Shown piece after piece: positions 52,413 through 60,795 of a stretch of 64,000 nucleotides of DNA. Every line of letters begins with the position of its first letter. The first letter of the stretch is position 1. Made by a program: the position numbers and the translations under genes. Source of the DNA: a virus; the IMG/VR virus record IMGVR_UViG_3300042453_001086, positions 96,001-160,000 of that record, one strand, 5' to 3'. The notes under the pieces were generated by a model that worked only from the letters and a program-made list of their open reading frames with translations, did not search any database and had not been told where the DNA came from.

Positions 52413-53252
52413 TTAGGAATACAACAAAATCTCGGTAGCGGGTTTAGCAGCGTATCCAGTACTGGTTTTCTTACGACGACCAGCAGTATATGTCACAGGA
52501 AATCTAGTAATGTTTAGGTCACCTTTCCTATCATCAAAAAATGTAGATCCATCACAACGGTTGCATAGAAGAACATGACCATCAATGCTTTTGGCATGTT
52601 CTATCAGTTCTTCAGTCTCTGTATCACCCCAGCTCGTACCATACTTAGTAAAACTATCACGATATGGTGGGTCAAAATAGTTTAAATCTCCAGTGGGGCA
52701 GTCTTTGTAATCACCACAATAGATCTCTACATTTTGCAACAACTCATGCCAAGCATATACCATTGCTTTATCATAGACTACATCTTTTTGATTCAATAGT
52801 CCTGCAGGAGTACCATATCTACCGTTAGTATTTTTATTGATCTGCCAGATGCCATTGAAACCTGTTTTCATCAGGAAATACAGTACTCCCGCTTCAAACT
52901 CTTTAGACCAAAACTTGTAATCATATGCATGAGTTTGACGAACTTCAAAAAAGTATTTCTTTCTATCTTCTTTAGACATAGGAATATACTTGCTCTGAAA
53001 AACATCTACAACATTGCAAAACTCATCTGGAGATTGTTTTACCGTTCGGTAAATATTTACAACACTTTCGTTGATATCATTGATATATGCCCGTTCGGGA
53101 TTATACTTCTGCATAACGTGCAGAAACATAGCACCACCACCAAAGAACGGTTCAGAATAACTGTTGACCGTTGATGGTAAATGTGGTGCATGGTATTTGA
53201 GCATTTTGGTTTTGCCACCTGCCCATATGAAAAGTGGTTTTAGTTTAGGCAT
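52413..53252 (-). CDS. Dam-family (D12 class, alpha group) N6-adenine DNA methyltransferase; target unknown
   Basis: WAGGK, EPFFGGGA (motif I), DIN, YFDPPY (motif IV); start MPKLKP overlaps the upstream stop. Confidence 0.9.
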   Translation of the reverse strand: MPKLKPLFIWAGGKTKMLKYHAPHLPSTVNSYSEPFFGGGAMFLHVMQKYNPERAYINDINESVVNIYRTVKQSPDEFCNVVDVFQSKYIPMSKEDRKKYFFEVRQTHAYDYKFWSKEFEAGVLYFLMKTGFNGIWQINKNTNGRYGTPAGLLNQKDVVYDKAMVYAWHELLQNVEIYCGDYKDCPTGDLNYFDPPYRDSFTKYGTSWGDTETEELIEHAKSIDGHVLLCNRCDGSTFFDDRKGDLNITRFPVTYTAGRRKKTSTGYAAKPATEILLYS

Positions 53253-53463
53253 CTTGACTGTCGCCATAAGTAGGTGGATGATACTTCAAATACTCAAAGA
53301 ATGTCAACTTCATTTCTTTTTGTGTCATACCGCAATGTTTAGCAGCTGCAGGAAGTGTCATTTTAGACTGAAACAGTCCTTCGTTTGCTTCTTTTACATT
53401 CTCTGGTGTAGTCTTTACAGGGATTTCGTATAAATCTACTTTATTGATTTTTAGAAGACTCAT
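53245..53463 (-). CDS. Conserved hypothetical protein
   Basis: KTTPENVKEANEGLF..MTLPAAAKHCGMT. Confidence 0.72.
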   Translation of the reverse strand: MSLLKINKVDLYEIPVKTTPENVKEANEGLFQSKMTLPAAAKHCGMTQKEMKLTFFEYLKYHPPTYGDSQDA

Positions 53464-53647
53464 CTTTCCACTTATCAAGGGTATCAAAGAGTTGGTCAAC
53501 AGATTTGAGTTTGTCAATACTACACATTAAATCTGCAATACCTTGGTTTACCATAGGGCGTTCATTTCGCGCTGCATATGCAAGTGCATTACGCAACGCT
53601 GCTTGAGCTTCATCAAGCGATTCTTCTACTTGTTTAGATAATGTCAT
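53441..53647 (-). CDS. Conserved hypothetical protein
   Basis: SLDEAQAALRNALAYAARNERP. Confidence 0.72.
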   Translation of the reverse strand: MTLSKQVEESLDEAQAALRNALAYAARNERPMVNQGIADLMCSIDKLKSVDQLFDTLDKWKDESSKNQ

Positions 53648-53832
53648 TAGTCAGTTGCTCTCCATTGTGATACTTTGGTGCGAACAGTTTGAAACTCTTC
53701 TACATGCTGCAGAATACGATGTGCCGCTTCCTTTGCAGTCTCTTGGTCGTCTTCATTCCAACTGGAAACTTCAGTCCACACATAGTAGATTTCATCAACG
53801 ATAGAATCAATCAGTTTGTCATAGTGGGTCAT
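53647..53832 (-). CDS. Hypothetical protein
   Basis: Coupled ORF. Confidence 0.68.
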   Translation of the reverse strand: MTHYDKLIDSIVDEIYYVWTEVSSWNEDDQETAKEAAHRILQHVEEFQTVRTKVSQWRATD

Positions 53833-53954
53833 TTGATTACCTCCAGTTGACGCTTGAGCGCCTGCTTACGAGCTTTTGCCTGACGCAACATCTGAGGTTT
53901 CAGAGTGCGTTTGGCATCCTTCTTAGAGTGGTGCTGCCAGTTGGGCGTGGTCAT
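53829..53954 (-). CDS. Small basic protein
   Basis: Start reassigned to MTTPNWQHHSKK. Confidence 0.65.
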   Translation of the reverse strand: MTTPNWQHHSKKDAKRTLKPQMLRQAKARKQALKRQLEVIK

Positions 53955-53958
53955 TGTT

Positions 53959-54192
53959 CTACTCGAAAGTGGGGCAAGTGAAATAAGAAAGATCATCGCC
54001 TTGCTCTGCAGTTCCCCATTCTTGGAACTCTTGAACCAGGGCAAAAATATCAGCATCACGACCTCCTTCTTTGTCAAGGATTTCGAAGCGATTCTCAATA
54101 TATTCAAGAATGTTTTCGACAACAGTTTCAACGTCATCCGATTCAATCATCGGAACAACGCCGTCGTCGCCGTAGTCTTGGATGCCGAGCAT
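53959..54192 (-). CDS. Acidic hypothetical protein
   Basis: Start reassigned to MLGIQD after the promoter. Confidence 0.65.
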   Translation of the reverse strand: MLGIQDYGDDGVVPMIESDDVETVVENILEYIENRFEILDKEGGRDADIFALVQEFQEWGTAEQGDDLSYFTCPTFE

Positions 54193-54217
54193 GGGGGGTC
54201 TTTTCGAGTACAGAGTC

Positions 54218-54246
54218 ACTGTAGCATCCCCAGCACCCGTTGTCAA
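54218..54246 (-). promoter_or_regulatory. Sigma70-type promoter TTGACA-17-TACAGT
   Basis: First promoter of the accessory region, at the compositional boundary. Confidence 0.72.
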
Positions 54247-54255
54247 GCCCCTATG

Positions 54256-54600
54256 TCAAAGTTCGTTTGTCCAGGCAAGTTTTCCTTCTTCATCATAAAT
54301 CATGCAATCAATAATAAATTTTGGATTTATTTCTTTTATTTGCGAATAATAAGGAAAATACATTTCTGCGTGTGCCAGGGCAAGATCAAAGTTAGGAAAC
54401 TTCAAAAATCCCCAATCCGAATTTTTTATTAGAGTAAATATTTCTAATGGCATTTTATCTTTATAAAAATCCCAAGCAGCATTTATAGTATTTACATCGT
54501 TACTATACTTCCAAGTAGGAGTAAACACTAAAATGCATTGTTTAATAGAAGATGCATACTCTTCTAAAACTTCTGCTAAAGTGAAACAATCATTTTCCAT
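54256..54600 (-). CDS. Hypothetical protein
   Basis: Start MENDCF overlaps the upstream stop. Confidence 0.65.
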   Translation of the reverse strand: MENDCFTLAEVLEEYASSIKQCILVFTPTWKYSNDVNTINAAWDFYKDKMPLEIFTLIKNSDWGFLKFPNFDLALAHAEMYFPYYSQIKEINPKFIIDCMIYDEEGKLAWTNEL

Positions 54601-55276
54601 AATCGACTCCCGTAAAATTTCCAAACTTTCTCATTAATCGCATTTTAATATTCAAAATATCATTATAAGCATCCGAACCAATCTTTTCTAAGATATCTAA
54701 AGAATATTTAGACCACATAAAATAATAATCAGCCATCATATTTCGAATATCAATATCAGAAATACAAGATTCCACCCACAAAACACAAACTTTTCTAATA
54801 CCAGATTTAACTGGATTAATTTTGTGCTTGACACCAGTTGGATATATTAAACATTGTCCAGATTTTAACTTGTACGAATATTCTTGATTTCCTATAGTAA
54901 GTTGAAGTTCTCCACCTTCATATTCTTCTGGATCATTTAAAAATATAGTTACACTACAATCGGTTCTACCTCCGTTTTCCATACTATAGTCATCAACATG
55001 AGAGTTATAGTACATTCCAGATTCATATTTTGCAAATAAAACACCAGAATATTGTTTTGCTGTTGTAATATTTAAAAATGTTTCTGATTTATTTAACTTT
55101 TTTACTACATACTGCTGAAGTTTAGACCATTCATATCCTTTGGATATTTCTAGATTATTTTTTAGGTCTTTTACAATACCACCAGATGTTTTTCCTTCAC
55201 GAAAATCAGCAGAATCAAATAAATCATTTACATATTTCAAATCTTCACCATCCAAAAGATCAATAACATAAATCAT
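54590..55276 (-). CDS. Fe(II)/2OG-dependent dioxygenase (PiuC/YbiX PKHD-type)
   Basis: YNSHVDD, RTDCSVTIFLNDPEEYEGGEL, HKINPVKSGIRKVCVLWVES. Confidence 0.88.
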   Translation of the reverse strand: MIYVIDLLDGEDLKYVNDLFDSADFREGKTSGGIVKDLKNNLEISKGYEWSKLQQYVVKKLNKSETFLNITTAKQYSGVLFAKYESGMYYNSHVDDYSMENGGRTDCSVTIFLNDPEEYEGGELQLTIGNQEYSYKLKSGQCLIYPTGVKHKINPVKSGIRKVCVLWVESCISDIDIRNMMADYYFMWSKYSLDILEKIGSDAYNDILNIKMRLMRKFGNFTGVDYGK

Positions 55277-55284
55277 AATATTTT

Positions 55285-56208
55285 CTATCCCATTTCTGCT
55301 TTTTGTATCATTTCGTCCAAACTAGACACTGGTTCTTTATTGACAACGTTTATTTCTATAGATAATGAAGGATCTATTCTTTCTAATCTACTATTAATAT
55401 CATCCAATATTGTTTGATATTGATCAAAAGTCATTTGAGTTACATCAATATCTTTAAGTATTTCAGAATCAATACTGATTGATGGCATCTTTAAAGTAGA
55501 TATTAACGCATTTACTCGGGTATTTATCTCAAGGGTAACATAATAGATAAAGTGTGATGAATCAGTTAAATATTCATCGATTGTTATTTGTGGTGATTTT
55601 TCCAAAACTATTTTTGGATCTGCAGGAAAAAATACTTTAGAAAAGTTAGATTCTTGCCATTCTTTAGTTTCTGGCATATCTCTCAAATATTGTCTATATT
55701 TGATCCACATCATCCTCTCTCTTTCATCCATATTCAAAGAAACATCAGATAGCTGCGTCCAATCTGAATCTATTAAAGCAACTCTTCTCTTAGAAAGAAA
55801 ATCTACAGTTATGTAATCGAACTGATTTTTTATTTGTTGTCTTAAAATATCTTTTTGCTGCCTTAGTTGTTGTATTCTAACTTCTTCAAAATATTTGGCA
55901 ATAATTTCATATAGTTCTTTTGCCTGAAGTTTACTTAAAACATTAAACTCATAAACATATTTCATATTTTGTTTATGAGTATAACTATAAATATCTTTTT
56001 CGCGCTCACAAAAATACGATCCATCCTCAAAGAAGGTAAAGTACACCAATCTATCCTTTTCATTCCACCACACAGAAGGTAGTGTGGTTGTCAAGTTATT
56101 AATGTCTTCTTCAGTTAAGGTTACTATTTGTGTTCTATAGTAAATTTGCGACGAAGACAAAATAAACTGAAGTATTGGTTCTGGAGCAATGATTTCTGAT
56201 ATTGTCAT
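55285..56208 (-). CDS. Phage tail/fibre assembly chaperone-like protein
   Basis: RR..LIDSDWTQLSDV..WIKYRQYLRDMP motif. Confidence 0.75.
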   Translation of the reverse strand: MTISEIIAPEPILQFILSSSQIYYRTQIVTLTEEDINNLTTTLPSVWWNEKDRLVYFTFFEDGSYFCEREKDIYSYTHKQNMKYVYEFNVLSKLQAKELYEIIAKYFEEVRIQQLRQQKDILRQQIKNQFDYITVDFLSKRRVALIDSDWTQLSDVSLNMDERERMMWIKYRQYLRDMPETKEWQESNFSKVFFPADPKIVLEKSPQITIDEYLTDSSHFIYYVTLEINTRVNALISTLKMPSISIDSEILKDIDVTQMTFDQYQTILDDINSRLERIDPSLSIEINVVNKEPVSSLDEMIQKAEMG

Positions 56209-56212
56209 TGTA

Positions 56213-56878
56213 TTAAAAGATATTTGAATGAATATACCAACCTGTTAAAATATATTTATTTTGACTATATACTGTCAATCCTCTATGGACATGGGTAAAT
56301 GACGCTGGCCAGATTATACAAGTACCTACACTAGGTTTGATCCTTAACTTTTGGTGAAAAAACTCTGTTTCTCCTTCGCCATCTGGCATATCATTTAGAT
56401 ATATCATCCACGTTAAAACTCTCGAACAATGCATCCACCCAGAATCTTCACTATGCCAAATATGATATCCACCCAAGGGTTCTGTTTTTTGCATTTTAAC
56501 ATCAGTAGAAATCATTTTATATTGAGTCTTTAACTGCCCATAATGATTTATATAATCTAAAAAACAAGATTGTAAATATTGATTACATGTATATGTAAGT
56601 TGTCTATCGGAATAGTTTAATAAAATACTGGTATCACTCCTACCCAGGTTACCAAGTGTATTGAACTGCTCGTCCCCTTTCATTATAGATGGTTGATCTG
56701 TATCAGAAGATTCTCCTTTTATAGAAAAACTATTAGTAGAAGTTTCTAAAATATTTTCAAAATAATCAATGTATTTTTTACACAAAGATTTTGGCATATG
56801 GTTTTTCCAAACACCAATAAAATCGGTAAACTCACCATTCATTAATTCTAATGGTTTTATGGGTACGATTCCACTCAT
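56213..56878 (-). CDS. 2OG-Fe(II) oxygenase
   Basis: GGYHIWHSED, RVLTWMIYLND..GETEF, WPASFTHVHRG, KYILTGW. Confidence 0.9.
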   Translation of the reverse strand: MSGIVPIKPLELMNGEFTDFIGVWKNHMPKSLCKKYIDYFENILETSTNSFSIKGESSDTDQPSIMKGDEQFNTLGNLGRSDTSILLNYSDRQLTYTCNQYLQSCFLDYINHYGQLKTQYKMISTDVKMQKTEPLGGYHIWHSEDSGWMHCSRVLTWMIYLNDMPDGEGETEFFHQKLRIKPSVGTCIIWPASFTHVHRGLTVYSQNKYILTGWYIHSNIF

Positions 56879-56884
56879 AATGTT

Positions 56885-58765
56885 TCAAAATGCTTTAATA
56901 AGGTATTTAGCTCTAAAATATGGAGTAAGTAATGTTATAGGTTCAGCAGCTTGCAATCTAACATCAATGGAGTTATCAAAAACTGTTCTGGAAGAATCTG
57001 ATAAAGTTACAATAGAAGGATTCACATTATTTCCTATGTCAGTAACAACATTTATAGTCTTTGATATTGAGTCACCCACACTATTATTTGTAGTAACAGA
57101 TTCTGTGGCAGCTGCCCCTCTACGCAATCCGTCACCTGTTGCTTGAGTTATGGTTAACGGATTTGTTGTCCAGTTTACATTTAATCTATTATTTGATCCA
57201 TTTCCTGTTCCATAAGTAGATAATCCTTCTGGAACAACTTCTCCTATGTTAGGCGTATTCCAGTATACCATATGAGAATGCCTTTGTAAAGGTACTGCTG
57301 AAGTTGCACTGGTATAATCAAAACTATCACCACCACTACCCAATAGACCAACTTTGGCGATTCCAAAACTATCATATACGTTTTGTGGTGGATTTTGATC
57401 ACCATCTGTGCCAGCGCCAGAAAGTTCCTGTGCTGGACTTCCATCCCAAAACCCTGTTCCAGTAGAAGGATTCACATTTTGTGTTAAAGTAACCTGCAAG
57501 TTATTTACTCTATTCGCAGCAGGAATCGTAAATGTAAACTCTTTCCATGCAGCAATATATGCATCATAAGATTCAAATCCATCATTATTATTAGAAGTTC
57601 CAGATTCAGATTTAGTTGGATTATAAAAAACCCAAGAAGATTCTAAAAGAATGGAACTAGCACCACCACCAAATGATATTTTTAAACTATCGAACTGACT
57701 ATTTACTCTTTCCCCACCATTTGCATCATTACCTCCTATAGCCAATATAACAAAAGTATCTGCATTTGCAGCATTTAATCTAAAAGTTGCCGATCTGTTC
57801 TGAACAAAAGGTCCAGTATCTCCACCAAATGCCAAATAACTACTTCCAGCATTTCCACCTGGATTCGAAAATCCATTTGTTTCGCTTGTTCCTGGTCCGT
57901 AAGATCTCACAACAGTTCCTGGTCCTAAAGTGAGTGTATTTCCACCCGAAGGCAAAGCATCAACTGGTTGGTAAAAGAAGAAATCGCCAAACCCATCTGC
58001 ATTTCCTGGCCATGGCCTCCTAGTTCTATTGAAACTCAAAACCGATCCTTGCGCTTCTTGCACAAATGGATCTTTAGGATCTTGAGGAGCTCCGTGAGCT
58101 GTGCGATTTCCAACGTCAACGGTTGTAGTATCATGTGTATGTAAAGGAACACCAGATACAGAAGCATCTCTAACAGGACCAACACCAAAGCTAACAGTTC
58201 CTGTTAATACTGGTTCCGCTACCACAACAACACTAGAAAATCCCTGAGATCTGAATGTACCCAAACTAAATGTATCAACTGCATTACCACCAATACTCAC
58301 TGGACTACTAGGAGTTCCTGAAGTTATTTCACTTCCTTCAGGCAGTTGTCTTACTGTCGAAAGAGTATATAATCCACCAGTAGATCCAGCTTCATCTGAA
58401 GTTCCATTCCCAGTAAGACCTAAAGCATTTCTAGTTGGAGTTAGAGTTAAACTTCCTCCTCTATTTCCATCTAACGCACCAGTTCCACATACTTTTTTAG
58501 ATCTATAATCAGGAAGCCTAAACGTAGTAACACCATCCCCACCATAGGTAGTTCCTATAACAGAATATAAAGCTCTATACTCAGAAATATTTAAAGTTCT
58601 TCCGTCACATTCCAACCACCCAGGATAATCTCTAGAGATTTGCCAATTTGATGCTTCTATTGATTCGGTATTGGATGAAGTATAATCATCTGGACGAACA
58701 ACCGTCATTACAGATCCAATGGCGGCTCCATTTTTTGATAGCTGTTTGTTATATTTTACTGGCAT
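56885..58765 (-). CDS. Tail-collar-domain fibre protein
   Basis: GWLECDGRTL..LYSVIGTTYGG..FRLPDYR. Confidence 0.85.
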   Translation of the reverse strand: MPVKYNKQLSKNGAAIGSVMTVVRPDDYTSSNTESIEASNWQISRDYPGWLECDGRTLNISEYRALYSVIGTTYGGDGVTTFRLPDYRSKKVCGTGALDGNRGGSLTLTPTRNALGLTGNGTSDEAGSTGGLYTLSTVRQLPEGSEITSGTPSSPVSIGGNAVDTFSLGTFRSQGFSSVVVVAEPVLTGTVSFGVGPVRDASVSGVPLHTHDTTTVDVGNRTAHGAPQDPKDPFVQEAQGSVLSFNRTRRPWPGNADGFGDFFFYQPVDALPSGGNTLTLGPGTVVRSYGPGTSETNGFSNPGGNAGSSYLAFGGDTGPFVQNRSATFRLNAANADTFVILAIGGNDANGGERVNSQFDSLKISFGGGASSILLESSWVFYNPTKSESGTSNNNDGFESYDAYIAAWKEFTFTIPAANRVNNLQVTLTQNVNPSTGTGFWDGSPAQELSGAGTDGDQNPPQNVYDSFGIAKVGLLGSGGDSFDYTSATSAVPLQRHSHMVYWNTPNIGEVVPEGLSTYGTGNGSNNRLNVNWTTNPLTITQATGDGLRRGAAATESVTTNNSVGDSISKTINVVTDIGNNVNPSIVTLSDSSRTVFDNSIDVRLQAAEPITLLTPYFRAKYLIKAF

Positions 58766-58767
58766 GA

Positions 58768-59673
58768 TTAATACTTTATTAAATATTCTACTAAAATAAA
58801 GGCATGATTTATATCATTAAATGCCGTAGTATTTTCAGAAGCTAAATTTACTGTTGTTGTTATTGGTTCTATCGAAATATTATTTACTACAGGAATATTC
58901 ACAGAAATGTCTTTAGTTGGGTTTGTTCTAGACAACGAATGAAAATGTTGAGTACTGGAGACACTGCCCGCAACACCAACATTTACAGTCTCAAACTCAA
59001 CAACATTAACCCATTCTTCTTGTGGTTCAATATCTCCACCTCTCCTACGATTTCCAACTGCTAGATTTTCAAATCTTGGTGTTTCTTCTTTCAATCTAGC
59101 TGCATTCACATAATGTCCGTGAGCTAATATTTGTTCATCAGTAAAAGTTCCTGGAGCACTTATAGACTCCATAGACATTGCATAGTTACCAGAAATAGGA
59201 ATATTTGTCAGTGGTAAAGTAAAATTTCCACTATATGCAACAGAAATAGAGTTACCCTGATTTAAGTTTAAAGATACTCCAATACCTACTTTTTCGGTTT
59301 CTGTGCCAGGACTATTTGGATTTGCGGATGTTGCGTCTAAAAATAATCCAGTATTCGAAGAAAATGCTGTTATATATTTACTACCCAAATCAGGAAGTTG
59401 TATTTCTCCACCATTTCCTTGTTCATCTGCTTCATCTAATGTAGTATTAGGTTTTCTGTAAATACAATCACTGCCAACACCAATAACTTCCGCTAATCTT
59501 CTATATCTATCAGCAGGAAGAATTGAACCATCGCATCTGAGGTATCCAGCTGGAACGAATGTAGTCCAATCTGTTCCCGAAGGATCTTTCCCAGATAAAG
59601 TTCGAGGAAAAGGAAAAATAGTTCCCGTTGCCCCACCATATTTTCCTTTTTCAAAACTGTAATATTTTGGCAT
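58768..59673 (-). CDS. Tail-collar-domain protein
   Basis: GTIFPF..PAGYLRCDG..LAEVIG..LPDL. Confidence 0.85.
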   Translation of the reverse strand: MPKYYSFEKGKYGGATGTIFPFPRTLSGKDPSGTDWTTFVPAGYLRCDGSILPADRYRRLAEVIGVGSDCIYRKPNTTLDEADEQGNGGEIQLPDLGSKYITAFSSNTGLFLDATSANPNSPGTETEKVGIGVSLNLNQGNSISVAYSGNFTLPLTNIPISGNYAMSMESISAPGTFTDEQILAHGHYVNAARLKEETPRFENLAVGNRRRGGDIEPQEEWVNVVEFETVNVGVAGSVSSTQHFHSLSRTNPTKDISVNIPVVNNISIEPITTTVNLASENTTAFNDINHAFILVEYLIKY

Positions 59674-59681
59674 TTTTAGTA

Positions 59682-60794
59682 TTAATATGCTTTTATAATG
59701 TACATCATTTGAATAGAAGGAGTAGAAACATTTGCTTCTATTGTCATAACTTCAGTGGTATCAGTATTTATAGGTGTTATAGTAGTCGAAATATTATTTA
59801 TTGTGACAACCTGTTTTGTAGCTACATTTCCAGTATTTATAGAATATTGCACATCTATATGACCATGACCAGACATAGATCCGTTGGCAAAATTAGCAAT
59901 ATTTGTAGAGAGAGTAGTGCCATATATTCCCTGAAAACTATTGCCGCATTCATTGGTATTTCTGCAACCAGTACCATTAACATTATACAAAACAGTATCA
60001 TCACTTTCCAACAAGTAGTTTCTGGTTGGAGTATCTACTCTACGCATATTATAACCATTAGTTCCATATGGAACTCTACCAGCTCCAACATGCGCTCCGC
60101 CATCATAACTAGGCACACAAAAATCATCTTCACTATTATCTGCGTTACTTGTACGCCAATATTCAAAATCGGCACATTCATCACTACAAAATCCAGGACA
60201 TTGAAAAAGAGGAGTTCCATTAGTAAGTTCATTCCCCTGGCAATCTTCTTGCCTCATATTTCTAGGTTTAACACTAGTAAGCACCGCAGAGTGAGTATGC
60301 GATGCTAAATGAGCATCCCCCAATCTTCTTTCAACAAACCCAAAGCTATCGGCATAAGAAGATTGATTAATATTATGTCCAGTTGCAGTAGCTCTCAATG
60401 TAGTAGCATTTGCATTGTTAAATGTAACAAACAAATCAATATTTGATGATTGAGTTACAATATTTTGGTTTGCGATGTCATTATTAGTGCCCAAAAAAGA
60501 GGAAAAATTACCAGTATATCCCAGTTCTGTAGAATGCGAGGGGTGATAATCTGTTAATGATCTTCCCGTTATAGAAGGCAGAGTAAAATTTCCATCTGCT
60601 TGACTACCACCATATCTATTTCCTATCACATCATATAAATCTGGATATTCTGATATTCTATAAGTTCTTCCTCCCACACAAGGCAACCATCCCTTTGGTA
60701 TACCTCCAGAACCACTTATCTGTCCTGACCATGGGATGATAGTTCCCACAGCCATACCTTTCATAGTTCGTAAGGCGTTATAGTTAACTGTCAT
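59682..60794 (-). CDS. Tail-collar-domain protein
   Basis: GTIIPWSG..PKGWLPC..YPDLYDVIGNRYGG..FTLP. Confidence 0.85.
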   Translation of the reverse strand: MTVNYNALRTMKGMAVGTIIPWSGQISGSGGIPKGWLPCVGGRTYRISEYPDLYDVIGNRYGGSQADGNFTLPSITGRSLTDYHPSHSTELGYTGNFSSFLGTNNDIANQNIVTQSSNIDLFVTFNNANATTLRATATGHNINQSSYADSFGFVERRLGDAHLASHTHSAVLTSVKPRNMRQEDCQGNELTNGTPLFQCPGFCSDECADFEYWRTSNADNSEDDFCVPSYDGGAHVGAGRVPYGTNGYNMRRVDTPTRNYLLESDDTVLYNVNGTGCRNTNECGNSFQGIYGTTLSTNIANFANGSMSGHGHIDVQYSINTGNVATKQVVTINNISTTITPINTDTTEVMTIEANVSTPSIQMMYIIKAY

Positions 60795-60795
60795 T

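Noticed and set aside
33795-53252. Classical linked type II R-M operon or type III R-M with the helicase
   Set aside because: Nuclease, helicase and methylase are 6-18 kb apart under separate promoters; the helicase lacks a nuclease domain and the methylase is alpha-class, not Mod
30696-54246. Many ORF-track start positions (e.g. 31001, 34397, 38078, 41372, 50330, 54146)
   Set aside because: They run through promoters or upstream genes; downstream ATGs fit the promoter positions and stop/start coupling
57861-57871. GGATTCGAAA resembling a tRNA T-arm
   Set aside because: Inside a fibre CDS with no cloverleaf; no tRNA or rRNA genes were found in the window
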